A stretch of 64,000 nt of DNA, from NCBI RefSeq assembly GCF_000981445.1, contig NC_027219.1, forward strand, positions 1 through 64,000. Reading direction: 5' to 3'. This document shows positions 58,263-64,000 of this stretch, one piece after another. Source of the DNA: Babesia bigemina (taxonomy: Eukaryota). Both the position numbers and the translations under genes were made by a program. The notes beneath the pieces were generated by a model. That model had not been told where the DNA came from and made no database searches. It was given only the letters and a program-made list of their open reading frames with translations. How positions within the stretch are numbered: the stretch's first letter is position 1; each line of letters opens with the position of its first letter.

Positions 58263-58758
58263 CGTACGCAATATATCATGGCACCTGGCAAGCTTGAGAA
58301 TATGCTGGAAAAAAACACGCCGTACGCTCCCGCGGCTAGGGATACGCAGATCGCCCTTTTGCTCCTAAAATGAAACGAATCCGGCACAGAGACGTCCTGA
58401 TATTTCACGGCTGACGTACGCGCACAGATGTTTCTGTTTCCATGGCAAGTTAGGCGAAATTGCGCCGGCCACGTCGCCTCGTGTCTTCCGCGAATTCCGG
58501 AGGCAGTCCAAGCGGCTCTAGCTGGGCCGTTGATGCAACGCAATCGCGCACGTTAAATATTAAGCTGCATTAGTTACATGCTGCGGAGATGGGGACTCAG
58601 GGCGGTCACTTGCGTCTTGCTTGCACTTACACATCACCCGTGCTCCGGCGGGCCTGAAGGATTCCACGCACATCATGGGCATTGTTACGATGGGCAAGCT
58701 GGGTGATGGTTGAGTGTATATTTACACTCGTTGCCGCGAAATTGCCGGCAAACGTAAC

Positions 58759-61445
58759 ATGAGTGCCAGTTACCAACCGGACTTCCAGCTGCCATTCGAG
58801 GCGTATCCCGTACGTGACCACGAAGTAATAGGAACACAACGGCGTACAGTCGCAGAAGAAGTTCATGCAAGATGCGTATACGTGCTTCGAAGAATCCCGC
58901 TTCGGGCTCTTTGAGTCCCCGACAGGATCCGGCAAGACCATCGCAATCCTCTGCAGCCTTCTCACCTGGTTAGCATGATTTCGCTGGGCCAACGCATCTT
59001 CTCCAGGCTCAGGGACAACAGGGTGAAAGACGCCGTCTCTCGGTTGGGACCCAAAGTTGACAACGGTTGGTATATTCTGCCAGTGTTCAGACATTGGCAG
59101 ACGAGGGCGTGCCTGCATGGGTCCGTCGCAGCATGGAAGCGCAACTCCGATCAATTGCGGAGGAGGCCATAACAGCTGACATGGAGCGCCTGACTGCTAC
59201 TCGGCAGCGGTTGAAGAGTGACTTTGTCGTTACGGACGAGGGCGTGCGACTCAGGTCCGGCGCCAAACGCGGGCGGGATCAGGTAGGCGGTGCGCATCAA
59301 ATAGCAATACTAGAGTCGTGGTGCACATTACAAACTGGTGTCTGTGCGTATTATACCAATTGGTGGTGACAATTCGCTTGTGCTGTTTCACTTGGGGGCA
59401 GGGTGTCACCACGACCAACAGTGCAAGCTCTGATGCGAGGCCTACGAGGAAGAAGATCCAAGTCGTCATCTGCAGCCGGACCTTCTCACAGCTGAACCAG
59501 TACGTGAGGGAGCTTCGGAGGCTGGGGGCGCTGGCTGGACAAGTTAAGGTCGGCATCGCGGCTGGGCGTAACCACACATGCGTCAACCCCGCCGTGCGGG
59601 CGAAGTGCCACACGAACGAGGATTTCAACGATCGCTGCCGACAGGTCGCCTGTGAGTACCGGCAGGACGTGTCGCCACTGGTTGAAGCTTCAATGTGCTT
59701 TCCAATGGACCTGGAAGACCTCAGGGCCGTCGGAACTGGGCTGTGCGCGTGCCCCTATTATGCAGCTGGGCAAAGCATGGAAGAGTGTGACGTCATTCTC
59801 GCGCCATACGTGTCAGTTTTCAATCCTTCGATTCGGCAGCACACGGGCATCGCAACCGACGGGAACATACTTATCGTTGACGAGGCGCACAACCTGGTCA
59901 GTGCGGTAACCGAAGCCCAATCGAGTGTAGTACACGCGAAGGCAATGGCGGCACTCGTTCAGCAATGCAGGTCGTTTACGGGGAAATACATGGGCGAAAT
60001 CGGTGGAGATAATGAAACCATCGCCAGTATTGAAAAGGTAGCCGGCATTCTCTCCAACTGTGGGAAGGCGCTGAGCGCTGCTAGCGGTTCGCCTCGCGTG
60101 TTCACCATACCCAGCTTCATGATTGAGGTGGGACTCGAGGATACTAAGTTTCACGATATCGTCGCGTTCATGGCCTCGGGTGACTTCTGCAGACGCCTGC
60201 GGACTCTGGCCGAGCGAATGTGGGCGTCGAAGTGCAAAGGAGTCGCACCTACCGACCACTCCAAGCGAAATCCGCATCTTTATGCGGTGTACGACTTCAG
60301 GCACTTCGTTACCACGTTGCTCTCTGCCAGTGAGCACGATCGCGTTATAGTTACGTCGGAGGCGGACGACGTGGCCATCGAAATCTTCAATCTGGCTGCA
60401 GGTATGTTCCCGTGTTGTCCATAAGATGTTCGCAGACGTTCAATTCCAGCGGCTGACACAAGAGGCGAAGAGCGTGCTGCTAATGAGTGGGACACTGTCG
60501 CCCATGGAGGAATTCATCACACTATCGCCATCAAGTGCCGACCCAATCGTGCACCGCAGCCCACCAGTCTTCCCGATGTACCAGTTCTACGCCACCGTCG
60601 TCGGCAGCGGTACGTTACAACGTCTCGACGTCACACTCTTGGCAGATGAGCAGGGTCTGGAGTTGGTGTATGACAGCAGCTCAAGGGAGGGGTCACGCGA
60701 GTTGGCGGCGTTGTGCAGGATCGTTGAGGCCGCTGCGTCGGTAACCCCGAATGGGATCCTGTGCTTTCTGTCGAGCTACCGATTCCTGAAGAACTTCCAG
60801 GTCGCATTTGAAAACTCACCAGAGAGGGCCGGAGTCCTCCGACACAAGGCGGTGTTCTTCGAATCCCAAGGTGCGTTGATGAATGCAAGCTGTCTACCTG
60901 GTGCAGACAAGGGCAGTTCCGTCATCGCCGATTACTCCAAACAAGCTTTGGGTAAAGGGGCCATACTCTTCGCAGTCTATGGGGGATCTCAGAGCGAGGG
61001 CGTTGACTTCGCGGACGGGCTGGCACGTTTGGTGATACTAGTGGGTCAGCCGTACCCACCCGATGATATAAAGCTGCGGCTGAAGCGAGAGTACTTCAGG
61101 GCCAAGTGTAGGTCACCTGGGCACATCTTAATCCTTGCAACAGCGAAGCAAGAAACCCTGTCGCGATCTCAGCGTGACGTTTATGCGAGGTTGGCGGATG
61201 ATATGAAAACCATCATGTGCTTCAAAACCATCAACCAAAGCATCGGCAGGGCGATGAGACATAAAGGCGACTACGCTGCCGTCGTGCTGCTAGATGCCAG
61301 GTACAAAAGCGCGAAAACGCAACAGTGGCTGCCGCCTTACGTCACCCAAGCACTTGCAAGGGATCAAGTGCAAAGTCACTCATCAAATGAAGTTACGAGT
61401 TTAAAACAAAAGCTCGACAATTTTTATAAATCGCAAAACAAATAG
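58759..61445 (+). CDS. DDX11: DDX11/CHL1-type Fe-S DNA helicase, multi-exon
   Basis: FESPTGSGKT, CSRTFSQLNQ, CPYY, IVDEAHNL, LLMSGTLSP, SEGVDF, INQSIGRAMRHKGDYA motifs. Confidence 0.88.
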
Positions 61446-61482
61446 TAATAAAATCCTACATGAAGTAATCCGTGCCTGCCTG

Positions 61483-64000
61483 GTGCCGGTAGCGCAATGA
61501 GTTGCGGTATCTGCTAGACCCCGTATCCGCTGACACGGCGGCTGCGCGGCGCCGGGGGTCGTGGAGCGAGGCAGACAGACACGGCCTACAGCACGCAGCA
61601 CTGCGCCAAACCTGGTCCAATCTGTCATCTGCCAGCACTGCTTCACTATAGCTCCCTAGCTGCCTTCCCTCCGGTGCCTCGACTGCCACGCCCCCAGTCC
61701 GCGCACCCCGCCCGCAGGCGTCACGCACCGGAGCCCGGCACAACGGGCGGATGTGGGCCAGGGTAGGGAAGCAAGGCAAGCACGTAACCACACCAATGTG
61801 GCACCGGCGCGACACTGGCGGGTTCTGGCGTGCCGTACAGCCGCAGCCGCAGTTGGCCGTGGCGGCTCCCCAGGCGTGCCGGCGGCAGTGGATGCCCGGG
61901 TAGCAGCTGGACGAGTGCCAGCAAGTGTTATTTCAGCAAGTGTGGTGCCAGGCAGCCTCGGTCACAGCTATCGTCGTCTCATGAAGCCTGGTGCCACCGC
62001 CAGTGCCCGCGACCCGCCTGCCTCAGAGCCCGTCCGCAGCGGTGTAGGCGTGCCGGCGGTGGCGGCAAGGTGACTGGTGGTGGGAGCCAGGCCATCACAG
62101 CCACATAGAAGTGCGTACCATACTACGTCCTATAGCTATTAAGTGCCGGCAGTGCATTGAGTTGCGGTATCTGCTAGACCCCGTATCCGCTGACACGGCG
62201 GCTGCGCGGCGCCGGGGGTCGTGGAGCGAGGCAGACAGACACGGCCTACAGCACGCAGCACTGCGCCAAACCTGGTCCAATCTGTCATCTGCCAGCAGTG
62301 CTTCACTGCCGTGCCATAGCTGCCATCCCTCCGGTGCCTCGACTGCCAAGCCCCCAGTCCGGGCACCCCGCCCGCAGGCGTCACGCACCGGAGCCCGGCA
62401 CAACGGGCGGATGTGGGCTAGGATAGGGAGGCAACACAGGCACGTAACCACACCAATGTGGCACCAGCGCGACACTGGCGGGGTCTGGCGTGCCGTACAG
62501 CCGCAGCTGCAGTTGGCCGTGGCGGCTCCGCAGGCGTGCCGGCGGCGGCGCTCCCGGAGTGCCCGGATGCGTGTCGGTGGATGGGACATATAGAGCAGCC
62601 ATACCGCGACACCAGGTCACATCGTGTGCTGCGCAGCGCCTGCCGCGGTCTGGCGATGTCTCGCCCAGCGACTCCACCCGGCGCCACAGACCCTCCCCAG
62701 GCGTGCCGGCGGCGGTGGATCTACAGGTAGCAGTTGGTCGAGTGCCAGCAAGTGTTATTTCAGCAAGTGTGGTGCCAGGCAGCTCCGATCACAGTATCGT
62801 CGTCTTATGACGCCTGGTGCCACCGCCAGTGCCCGTGACCCGCCTGCCTCAGAGCCCGTCCGCAGCGGTGTAGGCGTGCCGGCGGTGGCGGCAGGGTGAC
62901 GGTGTTGGGAGCCAGGCCATCAGAGCCACATAGAGTGCGTACCATACTACGTCTTATAGCTATTAGGTGCCGGTAACGCAATGAGTTGTGGTATCTGCTT
63001 GACCCCGTATCCGCTGACACGGCGGCTGCGCGGCGCCGGGGGTCGTGGAGCGAGGCAGACAGACACGGCCTACAGCACGCAGCACTGCGCCAAACCTGGT
63101 CCAATCGGTCATCCGCCAGCACTGCTTCACTGCCGTGCCCTAGCTGCCATCCCTCCGGTGCCTCGACTGCCAAGCCCCCAGTCCGAGCACCCCGCCCGCA
63201 GGCCTCACGCACCGGAGCCCGGCACAACGGGCGGATGTGGGCTATGATAGGGAGGCAACACAGGCACGTAACCACACCAATGTGGCACCGACGCGACACT
63301 GGCGGGGTCTGGCGTGCCGTACAGCCGCAGCCGCAGTTGGCCGTGGCGGCTCCGCAGGCGTGCCGGCGGCTGCGCTCCCGGAGTGCCCGGATGCGTGTCG
63401 GTGGATGGGAGATACAGAGCAGCTATACGGTGACACCAGGTCACATCGTGTGCTGCGCAGCGCCTGCCGCGGTCTGGCGATGTCTCGCCCAGCGACTCCA
63501 CCCGGCGTCACAGACCCTCATCAGGCGTGCCGGCGGCGGCGCTCCCGGACTGCCCGGATGCGTGTCGGTGGATGGGACATATAGAGCAGCTATACCGCGA
63601 TGTCTCGCCCAGCGACTCCACCCGGCGCCACAGACCCTCACCAGGCGTGCCGGCGGCGGTGGATCCACCGGTGGCAGCTGGTCGAGTGCCAGCAAGTGTT
63701 ATTTCAGCGAGTGTGGTGCCAGGCAGCCTCGATCACAGGTATCGTCTTATGACGCCTGGTGCCACCGCCAGTGCCCGCGACCCGCCTGCCTCAGAGCCCG
63801 TCCGCAGCGGTGTAGGCGTGGCGGCGGTGGCGGCAAGGTGACTGGTGGTGGGAGCCAGGCCATCACAGCCACATAGAAGTGCGTACCATACTACGTCTTA
63901 TAGCTATTAAGTGCCGGTAACGCATTGAGTTGTGGTATCTGCTAGACCCCGTATCCGCTGACACGGCGGCTGCGCGGCGCCGGGGGTCGTGGAGCGAGGC
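61483..64000. repeat. GC-rich complex tandem repeat; units of ~660, ~824 and ~944 bp, with a fourth cut by the window end
   Basis: The unit start GTGCCGG..GAGTTG(C/T)GGTATCTGCT recurs at ~61483, 62143, 62967 and 63911. Confidence 0.93.

Noticed and set aside
46641..61445. Clustering of genome-maintenance genes (SDE2, POLD3, DDX11) next to the ves locus as a functional island
   Set aside because: They are interspersed with unrelated housekeeping genes; there is no evidence beyond proximity
61401..63876. Many overlapping ORFs in the terminal repeat
   Set aside because: GC-rich repeat artefacts; frames are not conserved between units

Overview
Eukaryotic piroplasm DNA, most consistent with Babesia sensu stricto of the B. 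bigemina/B. ovata type; this is judged from the ves-family termini and the 30-40 nt introns, not from a database search. Positions 1-43 kb are a variant surface antigen cluster. It holds three VESA1-like (ves1) genes and two inverted ~2000-aa ves-related paralogues with long Ser/Pro/Gly/Gln-rich centres. It also holds three small Cys-rich single-pass membrane protein genes and several satellites. The first ~18 kb is a tandemly duplicated ~10-kb cassette: 22-bp repeat, 5'-defective ves1, 24-bp repeat, conserved spacer, array of ~74-bp units that each look like a micro-intron plus micro-exon, then a Cys-rich TM gene. The first copy continues with ~288-bp repeats encoding orphan TM-tail cassettes. 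Positions 43.4-61.4 kb are a dense block of intron-containing housekeeping genes (BTB protein, EF-hand-like protein, SDE2, PRELI, YGGT, DPH3, Der, POLD3-like, RabGGTase beta, SAC3/GANP, DDX11). From 61.5 kb to the end is a GC-rich complex tandem repeat. Exon boundaries were read by eye and are approximate.
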